A DNA stretch of 63,143 nt, filler included, from Atractiella rhizophila (Eukaryota), in NCBI GenBank assembly GCA_021432655.1. It is 3 parts of 3 records of this genome, joined end to end, with 100 filler letters (N's around TTAATTAATTAA, not from the genome) between each part and the next. Parts side by side here need not be neighbours in the genome. Positions count along the whole stretch, not along the records: positions 1 to 24,412 come from MU271251.1; 2 more parts are not named here. The stretch is one strand, 5' to 3'. Made by a program: the position numbers and the translations under genes. The stretch's first letter is position 1. Every line of letters begins with the position of its first letter. Of the stretch, positions 1 to 12,484 are shown piece after piece. The notes under the pieces are model-generated. The model did not search any database and was not told the origin of the DNA. It worked only from the letters and a program-made list of their open reading frames with translations.

Positions 1-9
1 AAACGCGTA

Positions 10-2292
10 ATGGTTTCGCCAATAGTTTACGGTGGCGGTTAGTTCTCCATTTCCATATTCTCCTTCATTCGATGCTAAATGTATGGGGGGATCATCAAAA
101 GACGAAGTATCCGCCCTCGTCCTCGACATCGGCACCCTCACCACACGCGCCGGATACGCAGGCACGGATTCACCCTCGCTCGTGCTCCCCACCGCCTACT
201 CTCTCAACCCCTCCAGCAGCGACGAATCCAGCACCCTCACCTCGAGCACCATGACCGGCTACTCCAGTCCGCTCGTCTATCGCAGCCCGCTCCAAACCGT
301 CCATTCCCCAGTCCAAGACGGTTGTATCGTCGATTGGCCCGCGGCTGAACGCTTGGTCGAACATGTGTTTAGGAAGGGGATGCATTTGGCTTCGCCTGCG
401 AATTCGGCTCCTGCTTCTGCTAACAATATCTCTAATGCCAACGCGTCAAAAGATGAGGATGGAGCTGCCACTGGTGGTGGTGGTGGTGGATTGTTGGAGG
501 ATTTCCCGGTGCTTGTGACTGAGAGCTGTTGGACACCGAAGGACGGAAGAGAGAGGTTGTGCGAGATCATCATGGAAGGTCAAGGCGCGGCGGGGTATTA
601 TGCCGCTGATAAAGCCACTTTGAGCGCGTGAGTTTCTCCTCGACATGACTGGGGATGGGCGAAGCGATGTGTGAAACATTCTATGTCGGTACATCAGCTG
701 TCAATTTAGGAGCTAGGCTAGCTCTTGCGTTCGAAAAATCAAAACTTTTGTTCCAGAATAGAAACCCTCCTTTAGCATAGTAAAGGAAGAAGAGGTGGAG
801 CTTCCTCGCTTAATTGTCTACGATACCTTATTTAGATAAAAGACAGATTGTACTACAGCGTCGCGCTTTGTGCAAGTCTCCCTGCATCGCTCTCCTTGTT
901 GCTTCAATAGCGGCAAAGACGTGTTCGTTCCCTATAGCGATCGTTCTTAAGCCTACCGGATGTCACGCTAGGAGCACCGTTCTTAGGGGTTGCGCATATA
1001 AATTGATTATGAGGAGCTTCAGTTGACATGTCCATTAGTTCACAGGAAAACACTCTCTGATGGATTTGCTGACTTCTGACTTGTAGATTTGCTGCAGGGC
1101 GTGGAACGGCGCTTATAGTAGATGTAGGGGAAGATGCGACGTCTATCATTCCGGTCTACGATGGCTTTGTCATTCGAAAAGGTACCTGAGCTCTCTTGTC
1201 TTGAATCCGTATCTCAACGACCTTGTAGCCATACAGAAACAACCAATAGCGGGATCGATGCTTTCTTCCATGCTCCTATCCTATCTACGAGCAAGTCGAC
1301 AACCTCCCATAACGATCGTCCCTCAATACCTCGTCCAATCTAAAGTCCCAGTGGAACCGGATCAGCCTGCGAAAGCTGTCTTGAGGTATCGCCTCATTCA
1401 TTGGTTTCACTTCACGGAACTAATGATGCATCGACATACAGAAAGGACAGATTACCGTTTCCACTCGCAGATCCTCCACTGGCATCGGAATCCTTTGCGC
1501 GATACCATGAGAAGAAGCTGATGCAAGATTTCAAGGAAAGCGTCTGCGCAGTGGTCGAAGTGCCCTGGGATCAAGCGTACGTCTTTATCGCTATCACTTC
1601 CACATCTATTTCAACTGATAAGCAATACTAGTGGGGCGGACCAGAGACCGTTAAAACATTTCGAGTTCCCAGACGGCTTCAACACTTCATTTGACCATCG
1701 TCGTTTTGTCATCCCAGAGGCTCTCTTCGATCCACGCCGTTTCTTGCCAAAAGAAGTGCGCCGTTTCGGACCATTGACCATTGGTGTTTGCTCACAAGAC
1801 TACAGTTTCATAACGTGCCATTGACGCCATCTCCAGCAACAATTACGTCTCGACCTTACACTCAATGCGTTGGTATACCAGAAATGATCACTGAGTACGA
1901 CCTCACCTTTTTCAAGCTGATCTGACCGCATCTGCAGGTCGTTGGGTCTTTGTGACCCTGACACTCAGATGCTCCTCGTTCAAAACATTGTCCTGACAGG
2001 GGGAACTACGCTGCTCCCTGGTTTTGCTGATCGAGTGCAAAATGAAATGAATGTGCGGATATCCGGTGTATGTCTCATTTCGCTTCTCCTCCACAAGCCG
2101 ATATATTAACTGTCTGTTATGATGCAGACAAAGCCCAAAATTCATGCACCTAGTTCTGCTTTAGAAAGGAAGTATGCTCCTTGGCTCGGAGGGAGTATTT
2201 TGGCGAGTTTGGGAACGTTTCATCAGCTTTGGATTGGTCGTGAAGAGTACATGGAAATGGGGAGAAGTGTTGTGCATCGTCGTTCAAAGTGA
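10..2292 (+). CDS. ARP4: Actin-related protein 4 (NuA4/SWR1/INO80 subunit), multi-exon
   Basis: Spliced N-terminus [20 protein letters not shown] (intron 38-101). Actin-fold motifs [39 protein letters not shown]-terminus [29 protein letters not shown]. Second intron (~628-1086) is long. Confidence 0.92.
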
Positions 2293-3107
2293 CCTTGGAT
2301 GAATTGGTCGAGTGAGTATTCGTGATTCTGTTGTGATCAAAAGTTTCAATACACTGTGAAATAATTTAGTTTTGGGGAAACTATTGCATGTTCCAGCCTG
2401 ATCCTTCAAATGTTCCTCCTCACTTTGTTTCGCTCCGCGCAACGTGAACTCATTTGGTGGCCTATCGCTCTGGTGACTTGCCTTTTCACTTCCTTCCTAA
2501 CTATGAAAATACTAATCAGTCGTTATGGCAGACATTATCCCTGCAGTTCGATGGCAAGTTGAACCTCAGGCTGCCTTTCTTTCTGAGGACGGGCCCAGCT
2601 CCAGGGTACCACGGTTCTCCAGTGGAGCCACACCTCTGAGCATACAATCCTTTCGGGCCAAGCCCTCCTTTCTGTACTGTCAGTTCCCGCCATTACAGGC
2701 GTCCATGGGCAGGACTTCCCTTGTTACCGCTCGGTGTAACGAGTTCCGATGACACTCTCCAGACGCCTTGCGAGGCTCGTTAAGCTTCGTACAGTGCTCG
2801 CCGACGCGTTGTCGTATGGTAGCAGAGACCACCGGCTTGTCAAGGTATGTGACATGGGTCAAATTGCGAATGAAATCGCGTCCAATTCAAGCTGGCCAGT
2901 TACTTCACTCCGTCGCTACATTGGTGGAGTTGTGTGACATCTAAAGATGGAGCTTGGCGAGGGTCGCACCGATGTCAATGCTCCAGATCTCCACCCAAAC
3001 CTGTCTGCTGCCAGTTGAGGAAAGACAGCAGTTCAGGCAATCTCTTATAAGACCCGGTTCGACGTTGCCTTACTCTAACCTTTCCCCAACGTTCGCAGAC
3101 GACCCTC

Positions 3108-4331
3108 ATGAGTAAGAAAGCTCCGCTCGAAATTCTCTTTGGAGGCGGTCGGTCCTAGCAACTATTAAATTTACCAAAGCTGACACAGCTCATAGGTAGC
3201 ATCGGAAAGACGGGATGGATCAACACCCTCCCGGTTCTAGACGAGGTCTTGTCGCTTTCAGCGGAAAAGGGATGTAAAACGATCGATTGTGCTTTCATTT
3301 ACAGCCCTGGAGCTCCAACTACTTCTGAATCGCTCATTGGAGAATGGAAAGCTCAGGAGAAGCGGTGGGTTATTGACACAAAGGCGAACTCCTACTTTAA
3401 AGGCGCTCATACGCTTGAGAACCTGAGGCGAAGTCTGGAGAGTAGTCTGGAGAGGTTTATTGTGCTTCCTGACGAAGAGATGAAAGAGCTGAAAATTGCG
3501 ATAGGTTGAAAGTCAAGAAGGTCCGAATATTCTACCTGCACGTACCTGATAGATCTGTCCCACTGCTTGAGACGCTGGAAGCGGTGAATACTCTATACGA
3601 GGAAGGAAAATTCGAAAAGGTGAGTATCTTCCTGTTTGCCAGCGATGACTGACGAGTTCTAGTTCGGTGTGTCCAACTTCAGCGCAGAAGAGGTGGAAGA
3701 ACTTGTGCAACTTGCTCAGCAGCGAAATCTCGTGAAATTGTCGGTTTATCAAGGCCAATACAATGGCTTAGCAAGGCATGTTTACAGATTTATAAGTACC
3801 ACCCCTGTCGTCTAACTTGACTGCAGGAACATCGAGAGTCAACTCCTGCCTCTGTTGCGAAAGCATGGCATTGCTTTCTTTGCTTACTCTCCGACCGCTG
3901 GTGGCTTTTTTCAAGAGAAACATATTCTGGAAGAAGAGGCAGAAGGCAGGTTCGTAATTTGCTCTTCACCGTGACATTTTCTTTGACAGCCACGCCAAAA
4001 CAGATTTTCGGGAAGTGGATATCTCGCAACAGCTTATAAAGCAATGTACCAGAAACCTGCCTACTTCCGAGCGCTGAAGGAGTTCCACGCGACTCTCAGA
4101 TCTCACTCCAGCGCCACTTCCTCCACTGAAATAGCGACAAGGTGGATCGTGTTTCATTCAGCTCTCAAAGGCGAACTCGGGGACGGGGTGATTCTTGGCA
4201 CTAATAAAAAGAGTCACCTCGTGGAAGGGATGGCATGGGTAGAGAAAGGCCCATTGGAAACTTGGGCGGTTGAAATAATGGAGAAGCTTTGGAGCGAAGT
4301 CCAGGAGGTGGCTCCGCATTACTCTGCGTAA
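3108..4331 (+). CDS. Aldo-keto reductase, aflatoxin-aldehyde-reductase (AKR7)-like, multi-exon
   Basis: MSKKAPLEILFGG..IDCAFIY..DTKAN..LYLHVPD..FGVSNFSAEEV..VYQGQYN..AYSPTAGGFF..HSALKGELGDGVILG; catalytic D/Y/K/H positions present. Confidence 0.88.
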
Positions 4332-4516
4332 GAGCTTCTGAGCGCGTGGGAGTAAAGTTTTTATGTGAACATCGATGAAATGGACCACGTTTTCAATGTA
4401 ATATTGGCCAAACTTTGGCTGAACCCTGTTATAAGGAGGCAGTCGTTACATTATGAGTCCTGAAAAGTTGAGGATTCTATTCAAGTGGACTCTGAATATG
4501 ACTACGATTAAATACG

Positions 4517-7500
4517 TTATGATGTGTTCTGTTTCGTCATGGTGAGGAGAGAGTCATACTGCCCACTCCTTCTGCAAAGCTCTGAAAACGCCGACGATTC
4601 GTTTTCCAACAGCTTTCTCGGGGTATCAAACTCAATGAGTCTTCCTTTTGACATGACCAGAACTTTATCATCTGGATACATCATTAGCAACAATTTTGGA
4701 TGAGAATGAGGACAGGTACAATCAATTATGGTCTTGAGCCGGTGAGCTATTGTCAAAATGGTGGCGCTTCCCATTTCTTCGCGAATGGTGTGCTGAATTC
4801 GTTCGTCCGTGATATGATCTAGTGAAGCTGTAGATTCGTCGAGAATCACGATCGAGGAAGATGATAGTTTAAGAAGACCTCTTGCGAGGGCGAGCAGCTG
4901 CCGTTGGCCTGCACACTCACAGCTTCAACGACGTTAGTAGATGGGGAAGCAGATGGATTTACCAGCGGAAAAGTTCTTCCCTCCTTCCTCAACCTTCATT
5001 TCCAGACTCTTTACCACATATCGGTCGTTGTCAACTCTATCCACAACTTGCGCAGCTTTCTTTGCCCTGCCCAGATCTACGTAACTTTCTGTCCTGCTGA
5101 CATTACTGCTAGGATTCGACAATCCTACACGGTGAAGAGCGTCCCAGAGTTCGGCATCGTCGCATGTAGAGAAAGGACTAGAGTGTTCAGTCAGATTGTT
5201 CAAAATTGAAACGGCGACTCACTCAAGATTGAACCTCACTGTTCCTTTGAACAGGCAAGCATCTTGAGGAATAATCGTGAGTCGCTCTCTGAGCGCCCGA
5301 AGCGCAACCTTCGAGATATCAAGATCGTCAATGACAATCCGTCCTTGATCTGCCTCGATGAACCGGAAGAGGGAGAGTGCAAGCGTGCTCTTTCCACTTC
5401 CAGTTCTCCCGACGATTCCTGCGACCAGCATCAGCTATTCTTGCAGGAACAACTCTGGGTTCACGAACCAATCTTCTCTCCAGGTTTGACAGTAAAAGAA
5501 ACGCCTTTCAGGACGGGGGAAAGCTCCTTCGCATAACGACATGAAAGGTCTTCAATGAATAAGCCTCCTGTCCGAGCTGGCCAACCAGCAGGCGGCGAAA
5601 TTCCTTTTACAGGTTCTTGCTATTGCAAAAGTAAGTTCCACTAACGACAGAACAGGTGGACGAACCGATAGGCGAGTGTACTCTTGTATTCTCTCGACAG
5701 AAGTAAAACCAATCTCCACCAGCATCCAGTCATTGACAGCACATAGCATCCTATTGCTGAAAGAGATAGTATAAGAAAGAATGAAACCAGCGAGTGCTGA
5801 GTCCATCCCCGGACTGAAGAGGACGATGATGGCAGCTATGAAGGTTGCCACGGCTCCGGCACCTTCGATCCTGAAGGAAAGCCTGATACGCGATAACGTG
5901 AGGCCATAAATTGTCACTAACAAGACGGCGTACCAGCGACTCAAATACGTCAGCAGGGCGTAGGGTTCATTGGCTGCGTCCAGTAATCTCGTCAGCTGGG
6001 AGATGAAGCGACCACTATCGCCATAAGCACGGATAGTAGTGACTCCGTGAAGGGTTTCCGAAAAGAGTGAAAAGACCGGAGACCTAGATATCGACTCCAT
6101 GCGCTTCACCTCTCGACATGAAGTGATATATAGGAATCCGATTGTGGCGTAAACTATTGTCATAGCTGCTCCGACTAGGAGGAAGACGGGCATGACCTTA
6201 ATATCTTGCTTCTGTAAGCATCTCTGAAAGATAGCGGATGACAAACCACTGTCACTGCGCCGATTATGCCCAAGACAGCTGGAGCGATCTTCGTCAGGGT
6301 GGAGGAAGCATGAATTTAAAAGCGAAATGAAGCTTACCAACTGCGTGAATGAGCGAAAAGAGCAACCATGGTGGCACGTCTTGATCGATAGTTGCAATGT
6401 CCTGTGTTTACCCTCAGTTCGTGCAGATTCTTTGTTGCGATTCACGCACCTTCCCTAGCCTGTTCAAAACCCTTCCCTGGGGAGTTGAGTCGAAAAATCT
6501 CATCGAACTGCCAAGGATGCTGGTGATAAGCGCGTTGTACAGTTTCTTTGAAGCCTCTAAGCCAAGAAATAGAAAGGCGGCCATCCTTATCCCGTAGAAG
6601 AGGAGAGTAACTCCTGTCCAAAAAACGAAGCGAAGCATCCAATAGGTCGCCTGGTCTGACAACCCCAAGGTGACATCGAAGGAGCCGGCCCACGATTTGA
6701 GTGCCTACTCGTTGGATTTCAGATGCTGATGAATGAAGTCTTGGAGAACTTACGAGGTTGGAGGCAATTTCCGCTGCTTCCGTGATGCCGAAAACAAGCA
6801 GTAAAAGGAGAACGACAACGGGTCCACCAAGGTACTTAAAATATTCCCTGTTAGACAGCATTATTACGGGCTTAACGGGTAAGGGAACCTCACATATAGA
6901 CTTCGAATTTAACGGCTCCCTCTTCTTTATTCTCCTCCTTCACAAGCTTCAGCTCCTCTCTGATCTTGTCCTCTTTCTTCTTCTCTAATAGGTGCTCAGG
7001 TTCACCAGCAAGGATCTCTTCCACAAGTGGTTCTTCCTCCGTGGTACCGGTTGCTGTCTCGGAGATCGACTTTGACGATCCAAGCTCATCCAAAATAGGA
7101 GGACCAGCGCAAACCACCTTTCCCTCTTCCAAGTGCAAAAAAAAATCCGCCTTGGGCAACACCAACTCAGTGGCATGAGTGACAAGAATGGTTGTTCTAC
7201 CCTTCGTCAACTGACCAGTCAAGGCAAAGGTCATTAAGTGTTGGCGGGTATGAGCATCTACTGCGCTCAGGACGTCATCGAGCAAGAGAATGCTGGCATT
7301 CGAATAAAGGGCCCTCGCAAGGCAAATTCTAGCCTTCTGGCCACCAGACAGAACCGTCCCTTTCTCTCCGACCTCCGTCATATCCCCTCCCGTGCTCGCC
7401 AATGCTTCGAAATCTGGCTCTAGAGCACATCCATGGACGACGCGACGGTATCGGGAGGGATGGAAAGGTAACCCAAAGAGGATGTTGGATCGAATGAATG

Positions 7501-10069
7501 CGTTCTGGAGCCACGGCGACTGCGAACAATAGGCCGTACCAGGGGTTAAAATCCATTCGTCGTCGTGTATCGTGATCGGTGAGCGGGAGAAAGGGCGAGG
7601 ACAGAGCGGCCGCCCTTGAAGCAAATGCGTTTCCCTCAGAAGGGAGAGCAAGAGGGAAGACTTCCCGCTACCCACTGGACCAGTAATGGCGGACAGTTTG
7701 CCTGGAGGAAAGAGCACATTGAGATCTTGCAGCACAAATTTGTTGCTTTCAGCGGCCGCTGAAGAGGAAAAGGAGGAAGACCAGGCGCATGAAGCGTTTT
7801 CGAAGCCCACTTCCGTTGTGTCCTCCCCGCTTCCATCGCTCTCAAACTTCTGAGTTTCCTCCTCTTGAAGGACTTCACTGTGCTCAAGCTGTCAGTTACC
7901 AATGCCCCAATTGCACAAGAAAGCAAAATAGGAGGCAACCTACTCAATTCTCTTCAATGAGACCCAAGCCTGCAATATGTTCCTCAAACTCAGACCAAGC
8001 ACCGTCAGCGGGGTCCTGATGATTACAAAGAGGGTAAGACTAGTGAAAGCCGTTGGAGGGTCCAAAGGTTCATGAAAGACTTTAGTCTTGAGCACAAAAG
8101 AGACCAAAGCCACTATGGCGGGTGCGCCGAACTATTCATCGTATGAGTCTCTTTGGCCTTCGGTACTAAAAAGATGTGAGACGAACCAAGATCATTCCGC
8201 TACTGGCATAAGCCCACACGCTCCATCTCAACGCGTTAAGCTCTGTCCGACGAAATCTGGCCATTAGCTCTATAAACGTATCCTCCCACGCCATGAATTT
8301 CACGCCTTTCACATTCCCCAACGCCTCGCTCGCCAAGTCCAATCGCGCATCAGCAGCTTTTAATATGATGCGATCTAGGTGGAAGAATAGTTTCGATATG
8401 GCAGCATTGAAGGGAATGAGGAGGAGGAAGATGAATACTCCGCCGAGGGAAGAGGGGCCGAGGAGGTGGAGAAGGTAGAAGAGCGAGAAGATGAGTGTGA
8501 GGAGACAGTCGGGGAATAGTTCGCTTGATTCAACACTTGTCAGACAAGGCACTAACTTATGGTGGTGGAAGGTACGGCGTCGACTTACTGTAATTTAGAG
8601 AATGCCTCTGCCACTGCAAATGTGTCTGCAGAGACGAGATTGACGATTTTTCCTACACCTGCCTTCTCCTTCTGTTCCCCATCTTCGAGGTCGGAAGTAG
8701 AAAAGTCGGCGCGACGCAGAACCTTGGCGTATATCTCGCCAACGATGATAGCTCGCACGCGGACGAGGATCTTCTTTCCAGTCTGTTTTACCCACCGTTT
8801 CCATTAGATTTCCTTACACGAGGAAAAGACAAAGTGGTTAGACTAACTATAAATGTTTGTCCAGCCGCAATGTTCGTCCCGACCTGCCATACATTGGTTT
8901 ATTTCAACCTTCTCCTGAAAAATCAAAGTAAGGCAAGAGATTGAGAGACGAACTTGGGACCCGAGCAAACAAACACAGAAGAAAATCGCCTCTTTTCTGC
9001 CTTCCTCCTCTTTCGCTGTTCCATCCGCAATCGCTTGTAAAATACGTTGTAGGAAAAAAGGAGAAGCGAGGGACAGCAACACTTTGAGGGTTGCCCATGT
9101 CTATCCAGTTCCCCGACCTCAAAATGAGCTCTGTCGACTCTAAAGCAAGAGAGGTATGACGGAGGGAAGACATACCATTTGTTTGACCATCAAACCGCTC
9201 AAAAACCACCCAATCCTCCTTCCCATTCCCCACCCAGCATTCCTTCCTCTGTTCAAATCGTAGCGTCTGAATTCGAGGAGTACCCTGGCGCTTCCCTCCT
9301 CCACTGGAAGAGATGGCATGTCCTCTTTCCGGAAAGGAACCCTGGAATGGCGCATCACGAAGGGAGTGATGTATCCAAAGGTTGCGAGGGAGAAGAGGGA
9401 GGCAGACTGTTCGAAGGTGCCTGTAGTAGAGGTCGGTGCAGGTGGCGGGGAGAAAAGGTGGATGGCGAGAGCGAGGAGGGAGAGGAGGAGAGGGGGAAGG
9501 TGTGGAGATGTTGAAGCTGACGAATGTTGGATGAGGGAGATTGCGGATGACAAGACGGAGCAGAGGAGGAGAAAGACCATCGTGCCCCTCCTTCTCCCCG
9601 TCCAGAAAGTCCAGAACGCCACGCCAACAATCCATAGGTATGGTAGCACTACTACGACGCGGTGGTCTGTCACAGCTTGGAGGAAGCAGAAGAGCATCGT
9701 GCTTGTGCAGAGAAGGACGAAGAGATCCCTCTTGCTCCTCCTCCAAATCAACATTCCTTTCTCCTTTGCAGCAACATTGCTCTTCGAAAGTAAAGGGGAG
9801 GTCTCGTCCTGTCCGCTCTCATGCGGCCCAAGGTGTGCCTCTTGGCTGAGGCTCGAAGGAGGAGTAGGTATGGCGTTTTGAAGAAATCGCAGCTCAGCTT
9901 GCTCCATCATCCTGCTACTACCCCCTCCTTCTCCAGCTCCATCCGCCTCAGGTTTGGTAGCGGTGCGACGCGCGTTTGAAGAGTAGAGAGACCAGATTGC
10001 ACGCGAGGACAGGTAGACGAGAGATAGGCCAGCTGCGACTCCTAGCACTGGCAGGTCAGGGTGCTGCAT
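4517..10069 (-). CDS. ABCC/MRP-type full ABC transporter (YBT1/BPT1-like), multi-exon
   Basis: NBD1: [36 protein letters not shown]2: [36 protein letters not shown]2: [28 protein letters not shown]. Confidence 0.93.
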
Positions 10070-10475
10070 CCCAGCGAATGAAGGCGGTCAATAGCACTGA
10101 GCGAGAATCAAAGTGTTCAAGTTGAAATGGAATGCCTCTGCACTGTCGCGACATTTTTGTTGTTTTCTATCTCTCTTTCAGGACTGAATCCAAGTCACGC
10201 ATGCCATCGTGATACTCGCTTGTTTTGACGGGATGCGGAGCGTAACGGACTCTTGAGCCGGAAGCCGGACCATGAACAGACTCCCATTGTCTCAGCAATA
10301 CAGCATCATAATTGGACAGAGCTAGATCCTATCCTGGCTGGACACAAATGGTTGAGAGTTGCAACAACACCGAATCAACAAGCTATAAACAGACGGGGAT
10401 CGTTCATCGGACCATTCGACAAACAAGCACCACCACCACTCCCTCCCAAATCCGCCTCAGACGCTCAGACTCAAG

Positions 10476-12224
10476 CTAATTAGCACCACCCACACTTCCC
10501 ACCTTCAACCCGGGATGTCCAAACGCCATCTCCACCTCCGGCTTCATCCTCTCGAACCTCCTCACGCTCGGATCGACCAACAAGATCGGACTGCCTGGTC
10601 TCCCACCCCCAGCAACGCCCGTCTTCATCCAGGGATAACTCAGCGTGGGACCACCGAGTCGGTTCCATTCCATCCTCCTACTCACACGCGCTATGATATC
10701 CGCATACTCCTCGTTCCCAAGCTCGCCCGTCGTCCCACCACCTACACCTGGACCGCCGCCGTTGAAGAGGTTGGAGAGGTTGATCGCTCCGGTTCCTGTC
10801 GTGATAGCTGCTGTAGTTGCGGAGGTGGATGCGTTTGGAGGGTGGGAGGAGAGAGAGGAAGAGGGAGTGGGGAGGAAAGAAGGGTCGTCGTCCACCTCTC
10901 CCACCCAATTCTCTCTCTCCGAAGGCTCCGTCCGCGCCGCAGGTTTCTTCTTCTTCTTCTCCGCTCTCGGAGCTGGGGCTTTCCTATCGACCAGTCATCC
11001 ATTCGTTAGTTTGTTTACGTGGAGAAGGAGGAGGAAGACAGACTTCTCGACGTAGTTCGGATTATTCTTCCTCTGCCAAGCTGCCAGCAAATCATCGTAT
11101 CTCTCGCTCCTCCCCAACACCGCTCGCTTCGCTCCCATACTGTGAGTCTTACAAGTGAGCGACCTCGCGCAGGGGAGCCCTTTGTCGGTGAGTACTCCGC
11201 ATTGGATGTTGACGTCCACGGGGTGACCCGCTGTTTCCACCGATACACTGTCGTTAGCGAGGTCGTCGGGAGGTGGATGGGAGGGAGAGGAGCATACGTT
11301 TTTGGCGGGGCATTTTTGGAGCGCCTTTTTTTCCTCCTTCCTTTTTCTTCTTCGCTGGCGGAGCGCCTAAATCCAGGTCGGCTGTTCCCACGACTCGTCA
11401 GGTTGCACCGCGATAATTTAGTCTGAAGGGGAAGCATGAGAGCCTTATGCTTTGATTGTAACAACACCCTGTACTGTCATTACAAACACTCTCGCTACTG
11501 TCATTGTGGGAACAATCCCTAACTGTCATTAGGAGAGCACTTTCTATTACCGTTGCAAGAATCTTTCTCCCGCCATTGCGACAACACACACTCCAGTTAT
11601 GTCTTGCAACAGCACCTCTACAGAAGCAATATCTACTAGAATAACCGGAGCATTCTATACTGGTATTGCGAGAATACTCTTCGCTACCTTTGCACGAACT
11701 ACCAGAGTACTCAATAATAAAAGAACTCACCATCAGAAGCACGTCTCTTTACACCCTTCCCACCATACTGTCCCTTCTTCACCACTCCCTCTGCATTCAC
11801 CGCATCCATTGAACCCTCCTTCGCACTATTCTCCACACCACCTCTCCTCCCGCAGCGGCAGAATCTCCGGCGACAGCTGAAGGAGGGACGGAGGACGCGG
11901 AGGCCTTAGCCTCCTCCGCCTTCTTCTTTCCCTTCGCGACCAAGTTCCTCCACTTCCGGCATGCGCTCACGTGTGGCGTCCACGCTTCTTGTGTCACGGT
12001 GCGCAGACATTCGGGACAGGTTATGAGTGTGGATGGGTGGAGAGAGGTGGGTGGGAAGTGTGAGGTTAGGTGTGAGGGTAGGAGGGTGGTTGGATGGGGT
12101 GTTGGCGGTGGAGGTGTGCTGGGTGCTTGGGTTATGTGTTAGAGATGTAATGAGATGTAACGGAAAGGGAGGACGTACTTGAGGCGGATGGGAATTGGCG
12201 GAAGAGAGCGTCCCAGGTGGTCAT
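10476..12224 (-). CDS. SGF73: SAGA deubiquitination-module subunit Sgf73/ataxin-7 homolog
   Basis: SCA7 domain [39 protein letters not shown]-terminal zinc finger CPEC..H...C. Start ATG at 12224 is inferred. Confidence 0.85.
11455..11712. repeat. Degenerate ~24-nt tandem repeat inside SGF73 intron (11382-11730)
   Basis: Successive units actgtcattacaaacactctcgct / actgtcattgtgggaacaatccct / actgtcattaggagagcactttct / ...actggtattgcgagaatactcttc. Confidence 0.55.
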
Positions 12225-12484
12225 TTGTACCAATTCTATATCCTTCTTTCTTGCTTATATTCCTATAATACACCTATAACACTCCTTAAATGCTGCCTAT
12301 GCCCTGATAGCCTGTGACCAATGCTCTTGACTTGCTTGTTGAACTTGTTGAAGTTGTTTCTATCTCATCATCAACAATCATCATCCCCACCCCCAATCAT
12401 CCAATCCAGAACTGACTCCTTCTGCAGATTGCTGCTCTATTTCTAGCTGCAGGTACACGCACTCCCACTCAGACCAGCCAAGCG

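Noticed and set aside
2454..2937. Short ORFs between ARP4 and the aldo-keto reductase
   Set aside because: No recognisable motif or consistent splice pattern.
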